DNA of 63,257 nt, filler included. It is 14 parts of 14 records of this genome, joined end to end, with 100 filler letters (N's around TTAATTAATTAA, not from the genome) between each part and the next. Parts side by side here need not be neighbours in the genome. Positions count along the whole stretch, not along the records: positions 19,673 to 23,177 come from SRR7504441_13749; positions 23,278 to 26,335 come from SRR7504441_13768; positions 26,436 to 30,052 come from SRR7504441_13769; positions 30,153 to 34,952 come from SRR7504441_13771; positions 35,053 to 39,198 come from SRR7504441_13774; 9 more parts are not named here. One strand, 5' to 3'. Under the pieces are notes generated by a model. It made no database searches and was not told the origin of the DNA. It saw nothing but the letters and a program-made list of their open reading frames with translations. Shown here piece after piece: positions 22,646 through 35,299 of the stretch. The position numbers were made by a program, and so were the translations under genes. Positions within the stretch are counted from its first letter, which is position 1, and each line of letters starts with the position of its first letter.

Positions 22646-23601
22646 CTGTTCCCACCGATTGGCTGCCGATTCTCCGGAGAGCCGGTTGTCGTTCTGTGTG
22701 GGTCGGTTGGGACTGCCGCTCACTGTGCTCAGGCGCAACTCCAGGCACAGCACAGCAGGACGAATCGGAATGCTACACACGGTGTGTCTCCGACTCGCCT
22801 TGCCGAGAGCCCCGGCCGCCCTGTTGCCCCGGCTTGTTTGCCCGCTTGCTTCCCCCCTTCAAGCACGCACTCCAGCCAACACTCCCCCCCCCGCCCCTCA
22901 TCACCGCACCGACTCGTCACCAAGCCCCGACCAACCCGCCGGCTCACCGGGTCTAGCAGGCGCGCGGCTTGATCTACGCCACCCTGCTCGCCGCCCTGGC
23001 CCAGGCCGCCCTCGAAGCCCAGCCGGCATCCCATCGCCATCAGCTTCGCCGTTCCACCGAGATCGATGAGATGTTTGCGAACGAGCCCGACGAGGAGCTC
23101 GAGCCTCCGCCCCGCACGGCAACGCTCAGAAGGGCTGATCCAGCCGAGTGGGCTCAAGCCGTCCACCAAAACCAGACNNNNNNNNNNNNNNNNNNNNNNN
23201 NNNNNNNNNNNNNNNNNNNNNTTAATTAATTAANNNNNNNNNNNNNNNNNNNNNNNNNNNNNNNNNNNNNNNNNNNNGGGGAAACGGCTAGTACGCGCCG
23301 GTGTGCCGGCTAGAAGGCTTCGTTCATCTACTTGTATCCGGGCCACCACCGAGCCTGCGCTGAAACTGCAGCTGAGCGCAGAGCAGTGCTTTTACGAGCA
23401 ATATTAGAGCAATATCGTGGCGTCGCCCACAATTGTGGTTCCATACGTGTCTCATATCACACTAGTAGCTTTTTAATATTTTGAAACGTCTTTCTATGCT
23501 ATAGTCAATGTTTGGTTGATTTTGAAACAATGTACCAGTTGTACTACCAGGAGTGTGTTTACGGGAAGGCTCGGGAGTCAAACTTTGTGCGCGCGCTCTC
23601 A

Positions 23602-26145
23602 TCAGCAGTGAGTGCTCTCCTGTGCCATCTGAGCGCGGAAATTTGCAAGCTTGTCCGGCATCATCGCGACTGTGCCTTCATCTACAAAGTATAATAGCTC
23701 GTGTTCAATGAGGCGCCGAGCCAGGCTGTCAGCCTCAGCTAGTCTGAAGCAATAAGGAGACTGCTCATTGATGACATGTACCACTTGCGCTAGTCGAATC
23801 TGGGGCTCCATCGTAGACGGAGTTATTGTGATCATCTCTGCCATGGTGTCTATCAACTGGCCCTCGAGGGCGACCTCACGGGGTGCTTGGCCAAGCTCGG
23901 GGACCAGATCTGGAACCACCTGTCTAAGCACCTGCAGTGCGGACTCATTCGCATCTTCCTCGGGATGGAATTCACATAAGCAACTGTCTATCTGCGCTCT
24001 TGTTTGTCCGCCCATGATGGCAGCGAGAGTGAGAGCTTGGTGATGTCCAGCGGTGAGGTAGCCGTTGGATCTCAGGTTGTCGAGCCGCTTCGAAATGGTG
24101 GGTGCCGCTTGGACAGCAGGTGCCGCCACGGCAGGTGTCGCTTGCTGTGGCGCTGGTCGCATAGCGCTCGCCCCAATAGAAGAAACCGCCCAGCCTGGGC
24201 AGAGCTTCCGTTGGACGTCGAACGCCATTTTCTCTTGGTCTCCAAGCTGATGTTCATTGCCTGCCACCGTTATGCTCAGGCCAGTCTGTTTCGCACGGGG
24301 GCGGACCGAGAAATGGCGGCGTCTCCTTCCAGTGAGAGATGATGCCATGAAACATGCAATTGCCGAGGTATGCCGCCACCAGGTTCCAACCGCCAGACGG
24401 TGTCTCCTCCTTCCACCCAAAGTACTTTGTTCCCCAGCTGTGTTTGAGGAAGAGCTCCTCCGACTGGCGGAGGCATTCCGCGAGTGAGATTTTGCTGGCA
24501 TTGTCAGAGTGAACAGCCGGTCGCTCCGCCGCCTGGCTGGTCTGCATTGTGTCGCCTTCGCTGGCGAGTGTGAGCACGAGGTGCACCTCGTTGAGGGTTT
24601 TCAGGAGTGGGTCCCGGTTGCCCTTGCTTCGGATGAGCTCAGATTGCAGCCACGGGTTGCTGAGCGCTTCGCCCACCGCTTGTAAATGTATCTTCCGCAC
24701 TGCCCATCAATACTCACTGGCCAAGCATAGCGTTGCCGCTCACCTGGCTGAGACTTGCCACCCGCTGGTGTGCCTATATATAACCCGACTATGCGGCGAG
24801 CCTGTCCCCGGCTCGCCGCAGCCCGCCCGCCCGCGCACTCACCAGCTTTCTCATGGTCGAGGCATAGTGTCGCTCGAGGCCGCTCTTCGCTTCGAGCAGC
24901 TCCCGCTCCATCCACGCTGTGATTCGATCGTTCTCTTTGAGCCCCGACGGTCTCTCCAGTTGGGCGAGAGGCCAGGGCGTTCCATTGTCTGGTGCCCTAC
25001 CGCCGTCCCCCAACTGGAGGACGGACAGCCGTACCTTCACATATCTGATGTCGAACTCCAGGTAGGCCTGTGAGTCAGCGATTAATTCAATTATTTCAAT
25101 CAATCACCTCCATGTACTGTAGGGCGAGGCTCGCGATGTTGTTGTCACTGCAGGCTTCCGGGTAGGCGCGCATCAGCCAATCCCGATCGTCAGCTTCAAG
25201 GTGCTCCAGTCGGCGCATGTAGTCACACACGTGGCGCCCTTCCTCGACGCCGTCTGTGTCTTGGGCGCTGTCGGCAGCCTGCTGCTGGCTCGGAGCTTGG
25301 TGCAGTTGGAACGACAGGGTCAGCTTGGTGTCTCGGGCCCTGGCCACGCAGGGTCAAGCCGGCGGGCGCACACCCACCTGAAGGCAGCAAATGCAGCTTG
25401 AACATCTCCGGTGTCAGCCAGCTCGGACTCAGCCTGCACCCTACAGCTCAACCGCTGGGGCAGCCGCCCGCACCCGACTCAGCACACCAGATTTCCCTCG
25501 ACCCTTGATCGCATGGACGAAAAGAGGCCCGAGCTGGGGGTGGGATGGAATCCCCGGCTGTCCTCCCAGCTTTGTCGTGATCACAGCGCGGAGAGAGCTG
25601 CGCAGCTGCCCAGAAACCAATCAGAGGCACGGCCTGGCGGGGGCACTGGGCGGGCGCACCTGCTGGAGCGTCGGACCGGCCTCCTTGCCGAGCCACATGA
25701 TGTCGCCGCCGTATAGGGTTCCAGTGCCTTGCAGCTCGGGCCGCTGGCCGCTGGTCCGCCTCATCTCGATGTAGAACGCCACTGGTTCGGTGTGCTGGGC
25801 GTCGACCTCCTCTGTGTCGACGCCCTCACCGTCCGTGCCCTCGAGAGCAGAGGAACGGCCTTGGGGCCCACTCTTCGCCGGAGGCTGGTTCGGCCCGGCG
25901 TCCTCGAGACACAGCGCGCACATGAAATCCCCCTGGCCGGTGTAGTCGTTGCACTCCGCATGAGCCCAGTGATCGCAGCCCTCGCAGAGCACGAGCACTC
26001 GCCCGTCCTCGTCGTAGTCCTCGCCGCAGATGCACGCCCACTGCCAAACCTCGCCGTTCGGAGGTGCCGCATGTTCAAGGCCGCCCTGTTGCCCGGGGGA
26101 CCTGCGGCCAGGGGTCAGCCGCCCGGAGCGCCAGGCAGGCCGCAC
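23602..26145 (-). CDS. PHD-finger-containing protein of unknown function (several ORF fragments joined by introns)
   Basis: CICGEDYDEDGRVLVLCEGCDHWAHAEC...FMCALC is a C4HC3 PHD finger. GT...AG junctions plausibly link ORFs 25621-26145, 25096-25347, 24789-25103, 24254-24700 and 23602-24501. The exact model is uncertain. Confidence 0.55.
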
Positions 26146-26661
26146 CCGGGCTCGAGCACCTCCGCTGCCTCCTGGCGGGGCTGTCCCGACCGCCTACGCT
26201 TCCCGCCCATTACAGCCTGCCATTATGGCTTCCCGAGCAGAGCTCAGCTGCGGTGAGGTTCTCCCGAAACCACAATAATAACGGAAAGGAGCCGAGCTCG
26301 TCGAGGGATGCCCGCTGCGTGGGGCCCATGTCGTGNNNNNNNNNNNNNNNNNNNNNNNNNNNNNNNNNNNNNNNNNNNNTTAATTAATTAANNNNNNNNN
26401 NNNNNNNNNNNNNNNNNNNNNNNNNNNNNNNNNNNTCAGGTCACAGATTGCGGCGTTGCGGTGAATGCAGGGGACCGGTTTACTATGTAGTGCGTTCACT
26501 TGTACACGTGTGCATAAGCACCCGTGTGAAGGCCCGAGTTGCTCCGCGTGGCAACCAAGCCCGTCTCTGTTGTATAGCATGAACCTTGTTCCACCGAACA
26601 CTTCATCATCAAACTGATCAAAGTCGAGATGTGTAGGATGATCTGCCGTTACGGAGGTACC

Positions 26662-27840
26662 ATGCCTGGCGCTTACAACCCCTCGCAGTGCGGCACTGTG
26701 CTGGTGGTGGAGGGGCTTCCGGAGGACTGCACCGTCTCGGAGCTCCGGCAGCACCTGATCCGGGTGTATAAGCCGGTGCACGGCAAGCAGCTGTACGCCG
26801 CCTCCTCCAAAACGGCCGCCGTCCTCCCATCCCAGCCCTACATCAGCCTAACCGTCGACCGGTCTCCCTCCCCCTGTCCCCGACGCGAGCTGGGCGGCCA
26901 GCGGGACGGCGCGGATCCAGATGGCAGACGCCAGCGCGGCCGGCCAGTTGTGGTGCTCGTTTCCGAACCCGTTCCGCGGGCACAAGGTCAGGATGCATCG
27001 AGAGGTGACGCCGGCCCGCCCGGCCTGGGCTCAGCCCGGGCGCAGGACGTCAACCCGCGGGCGAAGCGGCCACCGCCGCCGGCGTATCAGTGCAAGGACC
27101 CGCCGATCTATACGCAAGACATTAGACAGAACAACGTGCAGCTGGCCACAGGGCAGTGCGAGCGTTGGATGCCGGAGCCGGCGCCGCTGCTGGAGGCGGC
27201 TGGGGACGGATTCCCCGAGGGGTTCACCAAACACGATATTCAACGCGGGTTCATATCGCGAAACCGGCTGATCGACCATCCAGAGCAGTCACGCGAGCAT
27301 GCTGACACACATGTTCCTGAGAATCCGGGGCACCTGAATCATGGGCCGCAGCCACGTGAGCGGGCGGGCCGGTGCGGCTGGTTGAGCTGGTGGGTGCAGT
27401 GCGATACCTGTGTAACACGAGGAAGAAGTGGCTTACTTCAAGCCTGGATCTGACAATGGAGGAGACTGTGCGTGCCGCCACAGCTTGTACAACGGTTGAG
27501 TGAGGGGGCAGTTGAAGGACCCAGACTACTATGTTGCTGTTAACCCGGGTGGGGTCAACCCAGGGAAGATCCGGCAGGATTCAGTTATTCCAACGAATTA
27601 CTCTGGGCAGCTCGAAGGCGTTCCTATGGGGTATACGGGGCGTCGTGGAGATGTTACAGGCTCGACGGTGCTGCGCTTAGCCCGTGGCTGTATGCTGATC
27701 GCTGTGGGCGTTGTATCAGTGTGAGAGGCTCAATCCAAGATATTGGTCTTCGTGTTATGAAAACTGCACGTTGGATTCAGGCTGTACATTCAAACCCCCT
27801 AGTCTTCATGACGACAGCGATGAGTACACTTTATAGAGTA
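26662..27840 (+). CDS. Hypothetical spliced protein with a possible RRM-like N-terminus
   Basis: TVLVVEGLPEDCTVSELRQHL resembles RRM beta1-alpha1. Several short GT-AG-like interruptions. 3' end approximate. Confidence 0.35.
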
Positions 27841-27927
27841 AGTCGGGTACACCGACGGAAGTCTCGAGAGATCGTCGCAATTGAAATGGATTTCATTTAT
27901 GTATCACTTATATTGCGGCATCATTGA

Positions 27928-29945
27928 TTACTTCTCTGTTAAAGTAGCTTGAGTTGCCGTGCAAGGTCCAAAGTCAGCCCAGATATTCACCGTTTCAAAC
28001 TGCATTTGACTCACATCGCTTACACTAGATTTCTCGGATGCAACTGGGACATGGCAGTCGTTCAGGTTTTGAACCCCTCCTAGAACGTGGAGCTCTCCGT
28101 TTATCACAGCAGCGCCGCACCGCGCATGCGGCCATCTGAGCAGTGCGACTTCACACCATCCTTGATTCATTTGTGATAAATCCAGAACTTCTACAGAACG
28201 CCCAGCTCCACCAACAGCAAACAAGTTGCATCCAACGAGACAAACTGCAAATTCTGACCGCGGATTACATAAATGAGGACCGGCTTCCCACTGTTCGACG
28301 AAGCTTCCGGTGCCTGCGTGATAGACCTCCATCGAGTCCAAGTCGCTATCATCTGCTTCGTTCAATATCTCAGGTCGATTGAGGCGCAACGCCAAGTGGT
28401 TATCATGCGTTTCAGGCAATCATGAAATCGCCGAAGCATACTCCGTATGATCTGCTGAGCACCAACACGCTGCTGAGTGAGGAAGTTCAACTCAATAATG
28501 TCTGCCCAAGACTCTTCATAAGACATTTCAGTTTCACTTCGCGTTTTCCACCGTACGAGGGCAAACCGAATCAAAGCCTTACCACGTTGTCCGACGACCC
28601 TTGTCAGAACTCGTGCAGCAGCTACCTGCATCATCGTAAAGACAAAGCAAAAATTCCGGCGCTACCTGAGTCACAGCGCGCTCCTCAGCCAAATGAACAA
28701 GATGATGCATTTCATTGACCGTCTTCTGAAGCTTGCCAATTTGTACCTTACTGCGCTCCCAGGGCAAGACCCTTCCACCATCTTCTCTACTGGCTGTAAC
28801 TCCTGCAGCAAGAAACATGTGATCCATCGTCTTCTTCATTTCTTGTTGGATGCGCCCATTTTCTGTCAACATGTCCTTCCCGATCCAAGTTGGTTTGCAA
28901 CTCAGAATTGCTCTTCTCATGCTGTCTGAGCAAATCGCTCATTCGTGCAAACTCAGTCTCTAGATCTCTTTGGCCCTGGGTGTCTGAATCCATCTTCATT
29001 TGCACTGCCCGGCCTTTTTGCTTCTCCTCAGTTGCAACTCTGCGCATTCATCTGTTTTCCTGACATTGCTCGTTGTAACCAGCCCCGCAAGACTGCAGCA
29101 ATGCTATTCTGTCGTCGTTGCCACGAAAAGAGAACTATATAGCAAATATTCTGCTTCAGCATCAACTCGCGTGTTCCCTTGCTGTGTTCATCTAGTTCGC
29201 TTTTGTTCACCTGATCCTGCCGGCAGACCGTATTTCGTGCCCAGCGCTGGATGCAATGGGAATAGAATTGCCGGTGCAACGCTTGCTTGACGTGTCGCAA
29301 GATTCGGATGCCTGTATTACCACGAGTTGTGTTGGCAGAAGGACTCCAGGCTTGGCGCGAGGATTCCAGGTATTCCTTGGCTCGCTTCTCATCGCAATCT
29401 CTGGCCTGATTTGCCCTAGCCAGCTCGTCGGCCACACGGGTTTGCTCATTGAGCAGCCGCATCGAGTCCTGTCTCAGCTGCTGGTTGGCCTCCTCCTTGT
29501 CGGCAACCTGCTGTTCCATGTCTTCCAACTGCACCAGCAGCCTCGCTTCACGGCACTTGTGCCACCACAGCACGATCGCCGACCGGCTTTCAACCCCAGC
29601 GCTCCGCGGTCGCAGGATCTGCACCGCCGCTCTGCCCCGGAGGCGCTCAGCCTTGCCCCTGGCCCGGAGCCCAGCCGTCTGCTCGATGATCCAGCGCTGC
29701 CAGGCGGCCACCATGTTCCTGCGCAGGCTGGTCACCGCACGGGACAGCTGCATCAGCTCTCGCCGCTCCAGCACCGCGCAAATCAGCCGGACGCCCATCC
29801 GGCGGCGGGCGGCCTTGGCCTCCTGCTCGATCTCGTCCAGAATCGGCTTGGCCGCCTGCCGCCGGAGCCGCTCCATCTCCGGGTCTACCTTCTGGCTGGT
29901 TGAGCCACGCCGGCTCGACGAGCCCCCTGGCCGGGCAGCCTCCAT
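27928..29945 (-). CDS. Coiled-coil protein with Trp-ending helical (Sfi1-like) repeats and C-terminal Kelch repeats (spliced)
   Basis: Kelch: WEAGPHLCNPRSEFAVC.VG.NLFAVGG...VEVLD...W.EVA.L..P....GAAVINGELHVLGG. Upstream helical repeats such as HCIQRWARN, AVLRGW and FALVRWK. Confidence 0.6.
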
Positions 29946-30419
29946 CCTCGGCCGCGCCGTCACCCGCCCTCACCCCCTGCAGGGGAGCAGCACTTCATGC
30001 ATGAGTGAAGCAAACTTCGAGGCTTATGTCCTCAACTCGCAACGGACCTGCGNNNNNNNNNNNNNNNNNNNNNNNNNNNNNNNNNNNNNNNNNNNNTTAA
30101 TTAATTAANNNNNNNNNNNNNNNNNNNNNNNNNNNNNNNNNNNNNNNNNNNNTGCAGGGACGCTGTACCTTTGGGGCCTGCGCACCAACGCGCCGGCCAA
30201 TCAGCCGGGGTAGTTGGGGATAGGCTGAGAACCTTGTTTCACACCCCGAGTATCTCAGCATGAGAACCTAAACGTTACACTCTTAAAATGGTCGAGAACG
30301 ACTATACTACGTGTACTGCGACCGGCAGGTTAGCGGGTCTCGACTGAGTGTGGACATTTAAATTTGTCAAATTTTTCCCCTTTCGGGCACGCTCCTTAAC
30401 TTTTGCGCCACCAACCCAC

Positions 30420-32679
30420 ATGCTGTCCTCCAAGCTGCTCCTGCTTGCACTCGCCCTGTCCACGCTCTCGATTGTGGACGCCGGATCCACCTCAGTCAAA
30501 GGCTCATCCATGCTGCATACCATCCACGGCCGCCCGGATCCACTGAACGCCCGGATCCACGGGATAGACGAGCCGCTGGGGGGCGTCAGCGACACGCCCG
30601 GATCCACGGGCGATAGCGACACGCCCGAGGACCTGACTGAGGGCGACGACGAGCCTCCCCGTGCGGGAATCGCGCACGGGAAGATCCAGAGATCACCGCG
30701 ACTTCGCCCTCTGCGTGTTCGACGAGAGGTGCGGAAGCTTTCGCCCGAGGACTGGGACAACGTTGTCCACGCAGTGTGGACCATGAAAAACACCTCGACC
30801 ACGGATGGCCAGAAGAAGTACGGCCCGAAGTTCCACAATCACGACGTGCCCGCACCGCACCGCTCGGGCACTGACCGTGTGCTTGTCAGGACCTGCTATT
30901 CCTGCACGCGTGCGCCGTCCAAGACCCGCGCTGCGACCAGGTAACGGGCCTCGGATCGCGCGGTGTTCTGAACCGGTCCGCAGGGTCACTTTGGACCGCA
31001 GTTCATGCCCTTCCATCGTGCATTGCTGCTCCGGTACGAACAATCGATGATTGCCGTGGCCGAGGGGGATCATCGCCCTCTTGGAGAAGGCAGATACCAA
31101 GCGATGCCGTACTGGGACATGTCCTTGGACAGCTCGGGCGGCAAATACGACCAGAATTCGGAAGACTTTATCTTCAGCGACAAATATCTGGGCGACTACA
31201 ACGGCAACCCTGACGAGAATTACATCGTAACCAACGGGCGCTTTGCCCGATGGCCCATCGCTGAGTACGAGCAGAGTCGATTTGGAAGTACCAGTCCGGC
31301 TGCCACATACGCGACATGCGCGGCCGCGGAAGACTTTGTCCCCAAAAAGCAGACCATATGTGAGAAGTGCTGTGGTCAGCCAAAGGATTCGTGCACTTGC
31401 GGTGAGGGAGACCGGTACACGCAATTCATGAGAACGAATAACGACCTCTGTCAGCCTTACGTTGTGCGCAAGCCGTACACATCCGCTCCTGCTTTGGGCG
31501 GGACCCAAGAGTACCTGATGACTGCGGAGGACTTTGCTTCGTGCACCGACACCTCCCGGGTGACAAATTGGATGCATTGGCAAGACTGCGTGGAGTTGTC
31601 GGGTTTGCATTGCGATGCCGAAACAGTCGACGCCGCGATGATGATGCAGGACAAGCTGGTGCCTGAGTGGGTCGAGGCCAGCAGGAGCCAGCTAGACGGC
31701 ACAGGCGGACGCCAAGTCGAGCTGCTCGAAGAGCCGACTAAACTGCCCCCTGAGCAGGCCGGCGCTGCCCTGCTTGCTGCAAAGCTCGCTGGAGCTTCGG
31801 ACACCGATGTGGCTGACAAGATCAAGGACAGCATGGTTAAGCTCGTCGACCAGACTAAGACCAAGCTAGGGGAGGACGCGCACCAGCTCGAGGCGAAGGT
31901 CAAGAATGGACTCATCAACTCTACCAAGTTTAAGGAGAAGATGAGTGACCTTGTCTTCCAAAAGTGCAAAATGATGATGACCGGGTACATTATCAACGAG
32001 GATGGCTCTCGAGACCACCCACCCTCACTCCACGCTCAGGGGCACGTCAGGCTCGGTCAGTCAGGGTTGTGGCCAGAGCTTGAGGCCGGTGACTGCAGGC
32101 TTCCCATCAGACTTTGAGGATGTTACCACGAGCCCTAACGAGAACATGTTGTTCACCGGTCACCACGCCAACGCAGATCGCTCCAACATGATGTGGGCGG
32201 CCAACATGCACGCAGACGGGAAACTGTATGACCAGCTGGGGTACCCGTTGAGCAACAGCGAGTCCTACGTGGAAGAATTCAAAAAGACAAACAAGCCTCC
32301 GTATGGGATCTCTGGGCCACACGGCATTTACGGTATCGCGTGTGCTGGGCTGGGCTGACCGTTTGGTGCAGACCTGCTCACTTGCAAACTTACCGACAAA
32401 GCGGGTCACTACAAGGACTTTACTGGCAGTGGAGCGTGGCTTCCTGGGACCACCTTCGATGAGGTCTTGACGTCGCGGTATCCATTCACGGATTTGTTTG
32501 ACTGCAAGAGCGTCGACGACGCCACTGCCAACGACATGAACTGTGATGGCCACAGGGCTAACGACTCCGGTTATACACACAGGCAGATGCTGTATTGGAC
32601 ATCGCCCGAAAGAAGTCCGTACACGTACGATACCATTGAACACCTCTTTGATTCGGCTGCATTTGAATCCGAGAATTGA
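30420..32679 (+). CDS. Secreted tyrosinase / type-3 copper protein (spliced)
   Basis: Signal peptide, VRREVRKLS..DW. CuA: LHACAV...GHFGPQFMPFHR, MPYWD. CuB: LHAQGH...TSPNE..FTGHHANAD. Four short GT-AG introns (about 30846-30889, 30941-30983, 32056-32098, 32332-32371). Confidence 0.88.
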
Positions 32680-33187
32680 TTTGATTTCGAGTTGAGAATC
32701 AGTCCGATCCCCCACATATCGGGTTCAAGTCCGGCATTGATCCACCCAAGCGCGGAACGAAATCTTACAATAGTACGGTAAAAAAACGAATTCAATTTAA
32801 AAATGAATTGAATTTCGAAAAATTCTTGTTTTTTTTTTGGACTCGGGAACAGCTTTATTCAAGTAAAGGTCCCAGTGAGCCTATGCATGCAGAGAGCAGC
32901 GCTGGTAGGACGAGGCATGTGCATGGGCATGTGGCGCATGTGGCTGAGGATCTCAGGGCTCTGGTGAACGTGGGCAGCCTGCTCACGTAAGTCAGGTTCT
33001 TTAATGAATTCTTGGTTCCTTAAGCATCTCGCGGGCCGGCTTGCTGCTCAGTGGGACGACTGACTTATCACTAAGTCTTTCCCCCGTCCCCGTTTCCCCG
33101 GACGACAGCCACTGGCAACGGCGTCCGCAGCGGAGCGACGGACGATTGAGCACAGCTGCAGCTGGTTTGGCGGCCCAGCTCGCACGG

Positions 33188-34717
33188 ATGACCGGCGGGA
33201 GCTTTGTGCCGCAGCTTCCGCTGGAGGAGGCGGTGGCCGCACTCTCGTGTGCCGCGGAGCGGCAGCCCCTCCAGCCGAGTACGGCGCCAGAGCTCGGCCA
33301 GCGGTGCGCTCAGTGCGGCGCCCGGTTTGGCACCCCGATGCAGCTCAGGGCGCACAGCCTGAGCTGCACCGGGCCGGCCACCGGCTTCGTCCCCACCACC
33401 CCACTGGCCGACTGCCTCGACGCCATAGCCCTCCACCCGGACGAGCCGCCCCGTCCAGCGGCAGACCCCGCCACTGACTCCCTCGGGTCGCCAGAGCGAT
33501 CGGGGATGGTCGACCCGGCCGAGCCCCAGGATCAGCCCGGGCGGTGCGCAGTGTGCGGGGCGCCGGCGCCCAAGCAGTGTGGGGTGTGCAAGAGCGTGCG
33601 GTACTGCTCACGGGCGCACCAGAAGCAGGATTGGAAGCGGCACAAACCACACTGTAACGGACCGGCCACTCCCGCCCGACCGCCCCCGGCCGCTGCGGGA
33701 CGGCCGCCCGGGGGGTTACTGATCGAGCTGGCCGACTTGCTATCCGGCAGCCCGGGCGCGCGGGATCAATTGGTGGCTTGTCTGCACTTGCACGGCTACG
33801 CCCTGCTTGAGACTCATGGCCTGGTGGCCTTGCCAGACGGGTCGGTGTGGGACTACGAAAGACTGGTCAGTACAGTCTATCAGAGCGCCCGGCGCTTTTT
33901 CGGGCGGGGCGGGGCTGCGAAGACAGAGTATGCCGTCGGGGTGGGGCGGCAGCAGGGCTACTACGAGTTGGCTCAGTTTGGGTATGAGAGCTTTGAGACA
34001 AACAATGTGTGCAGCCCTGAGTTTGAATGGCCGGACGAACTGGCTCAGTGCGTCCCGGCGGCTCACATGCTGCTGCGCCAGCTGAGCCAGGCGCTGCTGG
34101 CCGAGCTGGCGGTTGGGATGGGCTTGGACCCGGATTGCTGGACTCGGCAGCTCGACACACCCGACAAGCTGGACCTGACCAAATGCTCGAATACGGCGCT
34201 CAAGGTCTCGCACTACAACGGGCTGCCCAACTCAACCGGCACCTACGCTGGAGTGCACACCGACACTTCTTTGCTCACGCTTGCCCCACGTGGCACCAGG
34301 CCGGGGCTTTTTGTCAAGCGAGTGCTCGAGCAGGACTGGCAAAACATTGAGCTGGCGATGAGCCCGAGCCATATGCTCGTGTTTGCCGGCGATGTGCTCT
34401 CCCGGGCGACCAACGGATACATCCCGGCGCTGCTACATGCGCCGGTTGCGCCTGCAACTGATGGTGACCAGGAGGGCACCCGTCTGTCAATGCCGTATTT
34501 TGTTAGGCCTCGTCCGGATGTGACGATAGATAGCTGTGCAAGTCCGTTGATAGACTGCAGCGTTGCTCCAGGCCCACCGGTGTTGATGGGTGATTTGATG
34601 CGAAATAAGGATTCAGTCCGTGATGGCTGGCCTTGGAGGCACACAAGCTACTTCACCACTCACCGGTGCCCACCGCAGCCCACCGACTCGACTGAATTCA
34701 TGAGATTTCTGCCATGA
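33188..34717 (+). CDS. zf-MYND plus IPNS/ACC-oxidase-type 2OG-Fe(II) dioxygenase; intronless
   Basis: MYND CAVC...CGVCKSVRYCSRAHQKQDWKRHKPHC. Oxygenase motifs HGYALL, ARRFF, HTDTSLLTL (HxD), FAGDVL..ATNG, LH and RLSMPYF (RxS). Additional C2HC-type finger CAQC...F.....L.AH...C. Confidence 0.88.
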   Translation: MTGGSFVPQLPLEEAVAALSCAAERQPLQPSTAPELGQRCAQCGARFGTPMQLRAHSLSCTGPATGFVPTTPLADCLDAIALHPDEPPRPAADPATDSLGSPERSGMVDPAEPQDQPGRCAVCGAPAPKQCGVCKSVRYCSRAHQKQDWKRHKPHCNGPATPARPPPAAAGRPPGGLLIELADLLSGSPGARDQLVACLHLHGYALLETHGLVALPDGSVWDYERLVSTVYQSARRFFGRGGAAKTEYAVGVGRQQGYYELAQFGYESFETNNVCSPEFEWPDELAQCVPAAHMLLRQLSQALLAELAVGMGLDPDCWTRQLDTPDKLDLTKCSNTALKVSHYNGLPNSTGTYAGVHTDTSLLTLAPRGTRPGLFVKRVLEQDWQNIELAMSPSHMLVFAGDVLSRATNGYIPALLHAPVAPATDGDQEGTRLSMPYFVRPRPDVTIDSCASPLIDCSVAPGPPVLMGDLMRNKDSVRDGWPWRHTSYFTTHRCPPQPTDSTEFMRFLP

Positions 34718-35056
34718 GAGTTTAAATCTTAGGCTAACAATAACAAAAAGCGATTCAAAAATCGAATGAGATCGACGCCTCCGGATCCGCCGGAGGCTAT
34801 CAGTCTATTCGATGTCTTGCGGCGCGAATATCAATCATCGGCTCAAAGAACTTAGTACGCGACAACACGGCCGATTCACATCCGGTTCTAGCACCACAAT
34901 ACGGAACCTTGTATTCTATACTAGTGCGCGCCGAGGCAATCCGCTGCGCGTTNNNNNNNNNNNNNNNNNNNNNNNNNNNNNNNNNNNNNNNNNNNNTTAA
35001 TTAATTAANNNNNNNNNNNNNNNNNNNNNNNNNNNNNNNNNNNNNNNNNNNNCAAA

Positions 35057-35082
35057 GTAACATTTTTAATTAAAAATGTTAC
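35057..35082. repeat. Perfect 26-bp palindrome GTAACATTTTTAATTAAAAATGTTAC
   Basis: Read directly; it equals its own reverse complement. Confidence 0.9.
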
Positions 35083-35299
35083 ATCCTTAATTAACAATGA
35101 ATTGACAATAGCATTAAAAGCGAAGTGCGCTCACTGGCATCACTCTTCCTCGAGATCCATGGTAGCAACCTCTTGCTTGATCTGCCAACAAGGCTCAGTC
35201 AAACCGGCACGACCAAGCCAATTCACAACACTCAATCTATGCGCTCTATCTTGCTTACAAATTCGCAAAACTTGTCAAATCCAATCCCAGACGAGTCCT

